Source of the DNA: an uncultured Pseudomonadota bacterium
GTDB lineage: Bacteria; Pseudomonadota; Alphaproteobacteria; Rs-D84
Direction: 5' to 3'
DNA length: 64,000 bases
Assembly (NCBI GenBank): GCA_902784345.1
Contig: CACZUD010000004.1
Location: 4,495 to 68,494, forward strand
Part shown: one piece after another, positions 10,209-18,762 of the stretch
How positions within the stretch are numbered: position 1 is the first letter of the stretch
Layout: every line of letters begins with the position of its first letter
The notes under the pieces: generated by a model
Told to the model about the DNA's origin: nothing
What the model saw: only the letters and a program-made list of their open reading frames with translations
Database searches by the model: none
Made by a program: the position numbers and the translations under genes

Positions 10209-10297
10209 TGGCGGAGCGTATAGGACTCGAACCTATGGACCGCTATAACACGGTCACGGATTAGCAATCCGCTGCATTACCACTCTGCCAACGCTCC
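10209..10297 (-). tRNA. tRNA-Ser(GCT)
   Basis: GGAGCGT...ACGCTCC-G-CCA; anticodon arm GCGGA-TT GCT AA-TCCGT; long variable arm. Confidence 0.95.
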
Positions 10298-10391
10298 AGA
10301 TTGGTGGTATTATATATAAAGCGTTTTTTAAATGCAAGCACGAAATTTTATACCCGTGAAAAAAATCATTAAATTTTTTTATAATTTATGT

Positions 10392-10420
10392 TTGACATAC
10401 ATCTAAAAATATGATATAAA
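10392..10420 (+). promoter_or_regulatory. sigma70 promoter
   Basis: TTGACA-N17-TATAAA with an extended TGn. Confidence 0.7.
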
Positions 10421-10428
10421 GGGAATAC

Positions 10429-10600
10429 TTGGTTCCCCAGACGGGGCGGGCTGTCAAATAAGATAAGTCGGGGCAGGCGATTCGTAGCATGTCTGAATGT
10501 ACATCACAAACCTTCCTTTTCTTTGTGATGAACCAATCAAAAAACAAAAAAGACGGATAACAACATAACGACAATGGCGTTCTGTTTTGTCTGTTTGATA
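10429..10600 (+). ncRNA. Candidate structured RNA / 5' leader
   Basis: Nested helices TTGGTTC/GAACCAA, CAGACG/TGTCTG, CTGTC/GGCAG and CATCACAAA/TTTGTGATG, plus a downstream hairpin. Confidence 0.5.
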
Positions 10601-10620
10601 TCAAACCAAAGGATAGCGTT

Positions 10621-11385
10621 ATGAAAAAGAAAATCATTTTGCCGTCCCTCTTTGTTTTGAGCTCTTTTTTGGTTGGATTAATGCCAAAAACAAGCAAAGC
10701 GGGATCTATAACTTCTTCGCCGAACCCGAAGATAGATTCAGTTTCTTATAACATGAATTTTGATTCGTGTTCTTGGTCACAAAAACAAAACGCCAATTTT
10801 GTAGACTATGTTGATTCTTTAAGTCAACAACAGGACAACAAAGACTCTGTTTCTTATACCATATCGTGGTATGGTGGTTCTTGGGTAAAATACACATCCA
10901 ATGATGGTAGTGGCTTTATAAGAACAGGCGGCTCACGCACATGGCGTAACATGAATCCTGGTGCATTAAGACACGGTGATTTTTCCAAACAATATGGTGC
11001 ATGCGGGTCAGCTGGCGGTTTTGCAGTATTTCCAACAGAAGAACATGGTATGAAAGCTTTGTGTGCATTGTTACAGTCTGATAAATATGCCAATTTGACA
11101 ATCGCGGCAGCTATATACAAATACGCACCACCAAGCGATAATAATAATCCAAAATCGTATCAGCAAAAACTGTCAAACATGACTGGTTTAAGTTTAAACA
11201 GAAAATTGTATCAATTAACACCAGCCGAAATAGAACGCGTAGCATTTGCTATCAAAGAAATAGAAGGTTGGAAGTCTGGCAAGAACGAAGTTTTCGAAGC
11301 AGAACACGCTATGATTTCAAGGGTTTTGGACAAATCAAAATTCTTGGCATACAAAAACTTAGGCCAAAGACAATATAATGGATAA
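10621..11385 (+). CDS. Exported lysozyme-like protein (RNxNPG phage virion/muramidase-like family)
   Basis: Signal peptide; RNMNPGAL, FAVFPT.EHG, YAPPSDNN..SY and EIEGW motifs. Confidence 0.7.
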   Translation: MKKKIILPSLFVLSSFLVGLMPKTSKAGSITSSPNPKIDSVSYNMNFDSCSWSQKQNANFVDYVDSLSQQQDNKDSVSYTISWYGGSWVKYTSNDGSGFIRTGGSRTWRNMNPGALRHGDFSKQYGACGSAGGFAVFPTEEHGMKALCALLQSDKYANLTIAAAIYKYAPPSDNNNPKSYQQKLSNMTGLSLNRKLYQLTPAEIERVAFAIKEIEGWKSGKNEVFEAEHAMISRVLDKSKFLAYKNLGQRQYNG

Positions 11386-11386
11386 T

Positions 11387-11413
11387 AAAAAAAACCGCTT
11401 TTTGCGGTTTTTT
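11387..11413 (+). terminator. Intrinsic terminator
   Basis: A-run-CCGC-TTTTT-GCGG-T-run. Confidence 0.7.
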
Positions 11414-11452
11414 ATTTTGACTTTATACTAAAAATTTGATAATTTAATTTGT

Positions 11453-11491
11453 ATGACAATATTATTTATAAATTTTTACTGTTGTCGATAA
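11453..11491 (+). CDS. Putative leader peptide MTILFINFYCCR upstream of cysS
   Basis: ATG ACA ATA TTA TTT ATA AAT TTT TAC TGT TGT CGA TAA; ATG lies 7 nt after TTGACT-N17-TAATTT. Confidence 0.6.
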   Translation: MTILFINFYCCR

Positions 11492-11572
11492 TATCTTGTT
11501 TCTTTACAAACATAATGTTTGCAATATTTCTCTCTATTGACTATCATCTTCAAAAACACAAAAGGAAAAATT

Positions 11573-13006
11573 ATGTCGCTGAAAGTTTATAATGTATTAA
11601 CCAGAGCAAAAGAAGATTTTATTACTTTAACACCGGGCGTTGTCAAAATGTACGCTTGCGGAATAACTGTATCGGGTGACGCACACATCGGACACGCATA
11701 TCAATCTGTTGTTTTTGACGTTATAACAAGATACTTAAGATACGCAGGATACGATGTAAAATATGTTCGTAACTATACAGACGTAGACGATAAAATTATC
11801 GCAAATGCTGCAAAAGCCGGCGAAGACCCAATTGAATTTGCAGAAAAATTTATGGCACAAACGGATAAAGAAATGGATGCCCTTGGAAACGCGCATCCAA
11901 CAATTATGGCACGGGCAACCCAATGCATAGATGACATTATTAACTTTGTGCAAAAACTGATAGATTCTGGGCATGCGTATGTTTCCGAATTTGGCGACGT
12001 ATATTTTCGCTTAGACAGTTTTTCTGAATACGGTAAATTATCGCATATCCAAGTTGATAAAAACGATACAGGCGTTCGCAAAGACGTTGAACCGGGCAAG
12101 CAAAACGATTTAGATTTTGCATTATGGAAATCTGCAAAACCTGGTGAAATCGCATGGGATTCACCATGGGGCAAGGGACGACCGGGTTGGCATATTGAAT
12201 GCAGTGCGATGAACCTTAAATACCTTGGCGAACAGATAGACATTCATGGTGGCGGTCGCGATTTGGTTTTCCCTCACCACGAAAACGAAATTGCACAAAC
12301 AGAATCTTTAACCGGAAAACAATTTGCAAAATATTGGATTCATTGCGGTCTGGTAAAGGTTAACGGTCAAAAAATGAGTAAATCTTTGAACAACGGAATA
12401 TTGTTAAAAGATGTTTTGGCAAAATACGATGCAGACACAATAAGGTTTGCTTTGTTACGCAATACTTATTCTGCCGATATCGATATCACAGATAGTTTAT
12501 TGCCAGAATCTTTGAAACATGTATACAAAATGTATTCTGTGTTTAATTCTTTGAAAGACCGCGATTTTTCTATGTCAGACAAAGCAAAAACAGAAGCCAA
12601 AATCAAAGAAATCACAGACGGATTTGAAAAAGCAATGAACGACAACTTCAATACTTTGGAAGTTATCGCAGCTTCGTTTGGCTGGTTTAATTTTATCAAT
12701 GCCGAACTGACAAAAAAGACCACAGAATATGATCTGCAAGCGATTGCAGATAAAATCAAAGAATTGTTTGGTGTTCTTAACATACTGCAACAAAAACCAG
12801 AAGAATACATTGCCAATATTCGTTCAAAAATATTACAACAAAACAACCTGAATGCAGAAGATATAGAAAAAGCAATATCAGAACGCGCAACCGCGAAACA
12901 AAACAAAGATTGGGCAACTGCGGATAAAATACGCGCAGAAATGCTGGACAAAGGTATTGTTTTAAAGGACGGCACCACTGGTACAAGTTGGGATATAAAT
13001 TTATAA
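11573..13006 (+). CDS. cysS: Cysteine--tRNA ligase
   Basis: CGITV, HIGH, GRPGWHIECS, HGGG.DL.FPHHENE and KMSKS; start ATG 11573 after SD AAAGGA. Confidence 0.97.
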   Translation: MSLKVYNVLTRAKEDFITLTPGVVKMYACGITVSGDAHIGHAYQSVVFDVITRYLRYAGYDVKYVRNYTDVDDKIIANAAKAGEDPIEFAEKFMAQTDKEMDALGNAHPTIMARATQCIDDIINFVQKLIDSGHAYVSEFGDVYFRLDSFSEYGKLSHIQVDKNDTGVRKDVEPGKQNDLDFALWKSAKPGEIAWDSPWGKGRPGWHIECSAMNLKYLGEQIDIHGGGRDLVFPHHENEIAQTESLTGKQFAKYWIHCGLVKVNGQKMSKSLNNGILLKDVLAKYDADTIRFALLRNTYSADIDITDSLLPESLKHVYKMYSVFNSLKDRDFSMSDKAKTEAKIKEITDGFEKAMNDNFNTLEVIAASFGWFNFINAELTKKTTEYDLQAIADKIKELFGVLNILQQKPEEYIANIRSKILQQNNLNAEDIEKAISERATAKQNKDWATADKIRAEMLDKGIVLKDGTTGTSWDINL

Positions 13007-13014
13007 AAAACACT

Positions 13015-13371
13015 ATGAAAATTACACCATTGGACAATATTGATAGTCTAAAAACAGACCATCCGCATCTAAAAACCGTTACAAAGGGTGCGATAGTAAA
13101 CGATTTGTATCGTGTTTTGGTTGCGCAAACTAAAAAATATACCCATGTTCGAATTCGCAGATTGGACAATCTGCCAATAACCAGTTTTTCAGACATGCAA
13201 CAAATCAAAAACTATTTCATAGGCGCAGAGCAAATCGCGGTTCAAGTTTTTCCACGCACATCGGACTATATTGACAACACAAACACCTATCATTTATTTT
13301 CTTGGCCTGACATGGATGTACCTAATTTAAAAGACATGTATCAATATAACAATCAAGATAAAAATTTATAA
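13015..13371 (+). CDS. Hypothetical protein of a phage-associated type
   Basis: RIRRLD..P...MQQIKN...G.E..AVQVFP..S..ID..N.YHL pattern recalls a phage uncharacterised family (from memory). Confidence 0.55.
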   Translation: MKITPLDNIDSLKTDHPHLKTVTKGAIVNDLYRVLVAQTKKYTHVRIRRLDNLPITSFSDMQQIKNYFIGAEQIAVQVFPRTSDYIDNTNTYHLFSWPDMDVPNLKDMYQYNNQDKNL

Positions 13372-13436
13372 AAAAACTGCTTGAATATAGCGTATTTTGT
13401 GCTATATTAGTGCGCGTCTTAACAAAGGGAAAATTC

Positions 13437-13967
13437 ATGAATTATCCATATATGCCTAAATCTACCGCACTTTGGTTGATTGAAAACACAGCTCTAACAT
13501 TCGAACAAATCGCAGAATTCTGCGGATTGCATGAATTAGAAGTTAAAAATATTGCCGATGCAGAATCCAACAAAATGCAAGGGCTGAATCCTATTATTAA
13601 CGGTCAGGTTACACGTGAAGACATCGAAAGATGTGAAGCCGATCCTGATGCAAGATTGGTTTTGCGTGATGCAATCGTTGAAGCACAAAAGAAACAAAAC
13701 AAAAAAGGTGTAGGTTATACACCAAAATTACACCGCCAAAACCGTTTAGGTGGTATTTTATGGATTTTAAAGAATTATCCAAAATTAACAGACGGACAAA
13801 TTGCTCGTTTAATGCGCAGCACAAATCCAACTGTGAAATCTATTCGCGACAAAGTTCATAAATCTTATTCTTTGATTCAAATTCAAAGTCCTATTGTATT
13901 GGGTTTGGTTTCTGAATCTGCGTTGCATGATGCGATTGCAAAGGCTGAACGCAAAAGCGGAAAATAA
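13437..13967 (+). CDS. trcR: DUF1013 family transcription regulator TrcR
   Basis: MPKSTALWLIENTALTFEQIAEFCGLHELEV and YTP...RQ motifs typical of DUF1013. Confidence 0.85.
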   Translation: MNYPYMPKSTALWLIENTALTFEQIAEFCGLHELEVKNIADAESNKMQGLNPIINGQVTREDIERCEADPDARLVLRDAIVEAQKKQNKKGVGYTPKLHRQNRLGGILWILKNYPKLTDGQIARLMRSTNPTVKSIRDKVHKSYSLIQIQSPIVLGLVSESALHDAIAKAERKSGK

Positions 13968-14006
13968 AAATTTTTTGTTTCACATCAACAAATCAAAGGT
14001 TTTTTT

Positions 14007-16094
14007 ATGACCAAAAAACTAGACGAAGCAACAAAATTATTGATTGATTCTTTGCCAGAAAGTTTAAAAGATTTGGCATTGTCTGCAAATGAAATAGGTT
14101 ATTTGTCTCAGATGGATTTTGATAACGCTATCCAAGCAGACGAAGTTCCTGACGAAGAAAAAGACGAAGTTCTGGAATTCTTTAAACAAGATTTAGGATT
14201 AGAATTTCTTGAAACTGACAGCAACAGTTTTGCTCGTGATATGGAAAAATATTACGAAGAAGATGACGAAAATTATAATCGTGATAAAACCCGTGATTTG
14301 TTAAATGCTGATGCAGAGCAGGTTGACGTCAACGATGACGACTATGAACATTACGCAAAACAGCTGGAACGCAGTTCGACCGGCAGTTTGGTCTTAGGCA
14401 TACAAGATTCTGTTCAATCATATCTTAAACAAATCGGCACAGTACAGTTGCTGACAGCGGCTGGCGAAATCGCAATTGCACAAAGAATTGAAGCAGCTTC
14501 TCGTTTAATGGTTTATGGTTTATGCGAAAGTCCTATGACTATCCAAGCAATGTTAGATTGGTATCAACAACTGTTAAACGAAGAAATTCGTCTGCGCCAC
14601 ATTATAAACTTGGAAGTTATGTATTCCAGTGAATCCGAACAAAAATCATTAGCTGCATTGGCAGACACTCTTAAATCCAAAGGTGTAGATAAAGTCGACG
14701 ATTTGAACGACGAAGATTTGGACGCATTGGAAGACTCTGTGGCAAATGAAGACGATGACGACGACGAGCTGGACGAAGAAGAAGACGGCAAAAAAGAAGA
14801 TAGTCAACGCAGTTCATCAGGCGTGCCAATTCCTGTGATGGAAGAAGCGCTGATGCCTATGATTACTGATTTGTTCACAAAAATTAAGCGCGTATTTTCC
14901 AGCATGCAAAAACTGCAATCAAAGCGTTTGGATAATTTGTTAATTTCTTCAAAACCTGACGAAACATTGGAAAAGAAATACAACAAATTGCGCGTAGAAT
15001 TGTTTGAATATGTCGGAAAAATCCGCCTTAACGATGACAGAATTGCCGAAATTATGGAAAAACTGACTCAACGCGATCAATTGCTTATGGGTTTAGAAGG
15101 AAAAATGTTGCGTCTTGCACTTGCTTGCAAAATCAAGCGCGAAGATTTCTTAGCAGAATACACAGGCAATGAATTGAATCGTAACTGGGTAAAGAAATTG
15201 GCCAGGAACAAAAGCGCGGCATGGCAAAACTTTGCAATAAAACACAAAGAAGACGTATTAAAAATCCAAGAAGATATTACTGCTATTGCCAAAGAAACAG
15301 GTCAACCAACATCTGAATACAAGAAAGTTGTTGAATTGGTTCGTCGTGGCCAAGCCGAAGCAGCACGCGCAAAACGCGAAATGATAGAAGCCAACTTGCG
15401 TCTTGTTATTAAATTCGCGAAAAAATCCAGCAATCGCGGTTTGGGACTTGATTTCTCTGACTTGGTTCAAGACGGTAATATCGGTTTGATGAAGGCCGTT
15501 GATAAATTTGATTATCGTTTAGGTAACAAGTTTTCAACTTATGCAACTAACTGGATTCAACAGGGCATTTCACGCAGCATTGCCGACCAAGCACGTACAA
15601 TACGTATCCCCGTGCACATGATTGATAATATCCACAAAATCCAACGTGCATCACGTCAATTTATGCACAAATATGGTCGTCAACCAACTGCAGAAGAATT
15701 ATCCAAGATTATTTATTTGCCAGTAGACAAGATTCACAAGGCAATGAAAGTTAATCTTAAACCAATGTCTTTGGAAGCACCTGTTGGCACCGAAGATGAC
15801 AGTTCACGCATTGAAATTATCGCTGATGAAACGGCTAAAAATCCGTTCACTTCAGCAGCACAGAAGAACTTGCGCAAAATCGTTACTCAGATTCTGTCTG
15901 AATTAGACCCAAAAGAAGAAACTGTATTACGTCAACGTTTTGGCATGTCAACCAACAAAACCAGCACATTGGAAGAAGTTGGTGAATACATCGGTGTAAC
16001 ACGTGAACGTATTCGTCAGATTGAACAAAAGGCTTTGAATAAATTAAAGCATCCTACACGCGCACGTAAATTACGTAGTTTCTTGGAAGATTAA
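14007..16094 (+). CDS. rpoD: RNA polymerase primary sigma factor sigma70
   Basis: Acidic region 1.1 and NCR; EANLRLV, GNIGLMKAVDKF, ADQARTIRIPVHM, TLEEVG...VTRERIRQIE. Confidence 0.96.
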   Translation: MTKKLDEATKLLIDSLPESLKDLALSANEIGYLSQMDFDNAIQADEVPDEEKDEVLEFFKQDLGLEFLETDSNSFARDMEKYYEEDDENYNRDKTRDLLNADAEQVDVNDDDYEHYAKQLERSSTGSLVLGIQDSVQSYLKQIGTVQLLTAAGEIAIAQRIEAASRLMVYGLCESPMTIQAMLDWYQQLLNEEIRLRHIINLEVMYSSESEQKSLAALADTLKSKGVDKVDDLNDEDLDALEDSVANEDDDDDELDEEEDGKKEDSQRSSSGVPIPVMEEALMPMITDLFTKIKRVFSSMQKLQSKRLDNLLISSKPDETLEKKYNKLRVELFEYVGKIRLNDDRIAEIMEKLTQRDQLLMGLEGKMLRLALACKIKREDFLAEYTGNELNRNWVKKLARNKSAAWQNFAIKHKEDVLKIQEDITAIAKETGQPTSEYKKVVELVRRGQAEAARAKREMIEANLRLVIKFAKKSSNRGLGLDFSDLVQDGNIGLMKAVDKFDYRLGNKFSTYATNWIQQGISRSIADQARTIRIPVHMIDNIHKIQRASRQFMHKYGRQPTAEELSKIIYLPVDKIHKAMKVNLKPMSLEAPVGTEDDSSRIEIIADETAKNPFTSAAQKNLRKIVTQILSELDPKEETVLRQRFGMSTNKTSTLEEVGEYIGVTRERIRQIEQKALNKLKHPTRARKLRSFLED

Positions 16095-16119
16095 ATTTTT
16101 ATTATAAGGATACAACAAA

Positions 16120-16743
16120 ATGGATCAACCAACAATATTATTTTGTACGGGTTTATCGGGCACCGGTAAATCGTATTTTATAAAAAATGAATTACCACAA
16201 GGCGCATTTTATAATTTGCGTTCTGCCACAACACGCCCGATGAGAGAAGGCGAAAAAGACGGCAGAGAATACTTTTTCCGTGATGAAAAATATTTTGAAA
16301 CAGAAAAGTTTGCAACTAAATTATTCGTTAACGAACAGTTTTGGAAACCAGGTGCCCCCAAATGGTTATATGGCGTTCCAGAACACGAAATCATAAGCAA
16401 CTGGGGCAAAAATTTCACATACGACGTAATACAACCACGTTATGTTCGTCAAATGATGGACTGGTTTAAGAACGCAGAAAAACAATATAATTTAACCCCT
16501 TGTTATACTTTTATGGTTTTATGGTTTTTACCGTTTGGCGACAACTTTAAAACTGCATCCACTCGTCAAAACATGCCTTATGATTTAGAAGTTCGCCGTG
16601 CAAACACATGTTGTCTGGAAGATTTTACAAAGGAAAATTTGAAACCGAATTACGGTGTTGTATCAAACCCACAAAAACTGTTCATAGACGACCACTTGCG
16701 TGCATTTATAAAATCTGCGGCACATTATGCCAAAACAAAATAA
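16120..16743 (+). CDS. Guanylate kinase-like protein (divergent)
   Basis: P-loop GLSGTGKS and SATTRPMREGEKDGREYFF; C-half diverged. Confidence 0.7.
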   Translation: MDQPTILFCTGLSGTGKSYFIKNELPQGAFYNLRSATTRPMREGEKDGREYFFRDEKYFETEKFATKLFVNEQFWKPGAPKWLYGVPEHEIISNWGKNFTYDVIQPRYVRQMMDWFKNAEKQYNLTPCYTFMVLWFLPFGDNFKTASTRQNMPYDLEVRRANTCCLEDFTKENLKPNYGVVSNPQKLFIDDHLRAFIKSAAHYAKTK

Positions 16744-16766
16744 AAACGCCTTTACAGGCGTTTTTT
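16742..16766. terminator. Bidirectional terminator
   Basis: AAAAACGCCT-TTAC-AGGCGTTTTTT between convergent genes. Confidence 0.75.
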
Positions 16767-18684
16767 AAACGTTTTTATGTATTGCTGTATATATTATCCC
16801 AAGATCTGTTTTTAACAATGTAGCTTTCAGTTTTTCTGCATCATTAGTTTGATCTGCACCACTTAATATTTTTTCAAAATTACGTACAAATTGGGTTGCC
16901 TGGGAATTAAATACTTTATCAGATTTCAACAATTCACGAATTTGTTTTTTATCGGTTACATCAAACATTTTCACTAACCATTTGGCAAATATCTTTGTGT
17001 CGCCGTTGTTGTACTTGTCCCACACGATTTCTGGAATTTCAGCATTTGCAGCACGAGTTAAATCTACAGACTGTTCATACAATTTTTTCAACAGTTTATC
17101 TGCATTATTCAAAAAATCTTTCGTACTGACAGGTTTAAAAGGTGCACTTGGCGCAACTTTTATTGCTTCCATAGGTGCAGAAGCACGCGCAATCATCATC
17201 TGTTTGTTCAAACTTTGCATTGCGTCCACAGCTTTGGCATAATCCGCCATTAAATCTATCATTTGTTGACGTGATTCTCCTGCGACATTACCCAATCGCA
17301 CAGAAGAATTATTTATATTTTCCAAAGATTCTGCAATTGTGGTCTTCATTGTATTGATCTTATCAACCAAAGTATTAACTATCATATTCAAATTTTCACT
17401 CATATCACGCGAACCCGCTGCCAAATCTGGCAGGGCGACATAATACTTTTCTATCAGTTCCGACAAAGGCTTTAACTGTTCTGTTGTTTCTGTGGACATC
17501 TTGATAAGGTTTTCTGATTGTCCTGACAGTTGTGTATGCGCCTTGTTCATTTCTATCAAAGTTTCACGAACACCAATACCCATACTCTTTACAGAATCAG
17601 CAAATTCTGTTGCCGCTGATTTTGTGTTTTCCAGTGTTGCATTCGCCACGCCAGAAACGTCTTTGATTTCACGCACAACACCAGTTGAAAATTCATGAAT
17701 TTCGCTGTCAAAACGATTAGTAAGTCCAGCCAATTCGTTGGTTATTCCACGAACTGATGCGGTCGTATTGGTTGTTGATGTATTCAAAGATTCAATCGCA
17801 GTTTCCAATTTATGCAACTGTTTGTCAATTGAAGTTTCCGCCAAACGAACATTTGCCCCAACCACATTTGCAGTTTCAGTCATAGTATTAACTTGACGGG
17901 TTAATTCTTTACCTGCGCGTTTTGTAAATTCTGTCATCTTGGTCAGATAATCACTTAACAACTTATCGTTTTGATGCATTGTTTCGTCATAATCTTTTGA
18001 TGCAGTCATTATATTTTCAAAATCAGACTTTACGCTTGCGCTTAAATCAGACAGCTGTTGCTGCATAGAAGTACTCGCGGCAGTCAATTCCTGCATATTC
18101 TTGGTATTGTCCGCAAAATGCGATTGTAATTGTTCGCTTATTTGTTGTTCTTCCGCAACGCATTTATCAATTTGTTCTTGAATCTTGCCCGCGTTTTCAG
18201 TTGCAGTTGACACCGTATCATTTATCTTGTTCAACAAACTTTCTGTTATCACAGCAAAATTATCGGTGGTTTGCTGCACGTCCACCCATCCTTTTGAAGA
18301 CACAATACCATTAAGCCCATCTATTGTATTTTCCAATCTTTGCGACATAACTGCAATTTTCTTAGTTGCTTCGTCTGCTGTTGCAACCAGTTTTTCGTTT
18401 TGTTCAGAAAGATTCTGCTTTATAGATTCTGTATGTGCAATCTGGGCAGCCAGAGCACCCGACAAAGATTTAAAATTATCGTCTATTTTATTTATCTCGT
18501 CTTTCAATATAGTTTGCAGAACACGTGCTGCGTCTTGAACTTTTGCCTGTTGAGGATTTGTCATTATTTCCAGCAAAGATCGCATGACCTGTTGGCTTTT
18601 TCGCGAAATAAAAAATATCGCGACCATATTAACAAAAACCAAAGAAACCACAGATAATAATATAATTAACAATGTTTGATTCAT
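16765..18684 (-). CDS. Membrane-anchored coiled-coil protein, TipN/GPR-like polarity factor
   Basis: N-terminal TM, long heptad region, C-terminal W.KY..GD..IF...D..F......FE......L.TDLG..Y pattern. Confidence 0.65.
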   Translation of the reverse strand: MNQTLLIILLSVVSLVFVNMVAIFFISRKSQQVMRSLLEIMTNPQQAKVQDAARVLQTILKDEINKIDDNFKSLSGALAAQIAHTESIKQNLSEQNEKLVATADEATKKIAVMSQRLENTIDGLNGIVSSKGWVDVQQTTDNFAVITESLLNKINDTVSTATENAGKIQEQIDKCVAEEQQISEQLQSHFADNTKNMQELTAASTSMQQQLSDLSASVKSDFENIMTASKDYDETMHQNDKLLSDYLTKMTEFTKRAGKELTRQVNTMTETANVVGANVRLAETSIDKQLHKLETAIESLNTSTTNTTASVRGITNELAGLTNRFDSEIHEFSTGVVREIKDVSGVANATLENTKSAATEFADSVKSMGIGVRETLIEMNKAHTQLSGQSENLIKMSTETTEQLKPLSELIEKYYVALPDLAAGSRDMSENLNMIVNTLVDKINTMKTTIAESLENINNSSVRLGNVAGESRQQMIDLMADYAKAVDAMQSLNKQMMIARASAPMEAIKVAPSAPFKPVSTKDFLNNADKLLKKLYEQSVDLTRAANAEIPEIVWDKYNNGDTKIFAKWLVKMFDVTDKKQIRELLKSDKVFNSQATQFVRNFEKILSGADQTNDAEKLKATLLKTDLGIIYTAIHKNV

Positions 18685-18762
18685 ACTCTTTCTCCTGAAA
18701 ATAACATCCTTGAAACCTAAGGAAATTTATACTAAAATATTTTCAAGAAAGCAAGAGTATAA

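Noticed and set aside
10418-10460. AAAGGGAAT...GGT resembling a cobalamin riboswitch start
   Set aside because: No downstream GCCCCCGCAACTGT/B12-box elements, and the motif overlaps the -10 box
10386-10697. 103-aa minus-strand ORF
   Set aside because: Antisense to a promoter, a structured leader and a signal-peptide region; no SD
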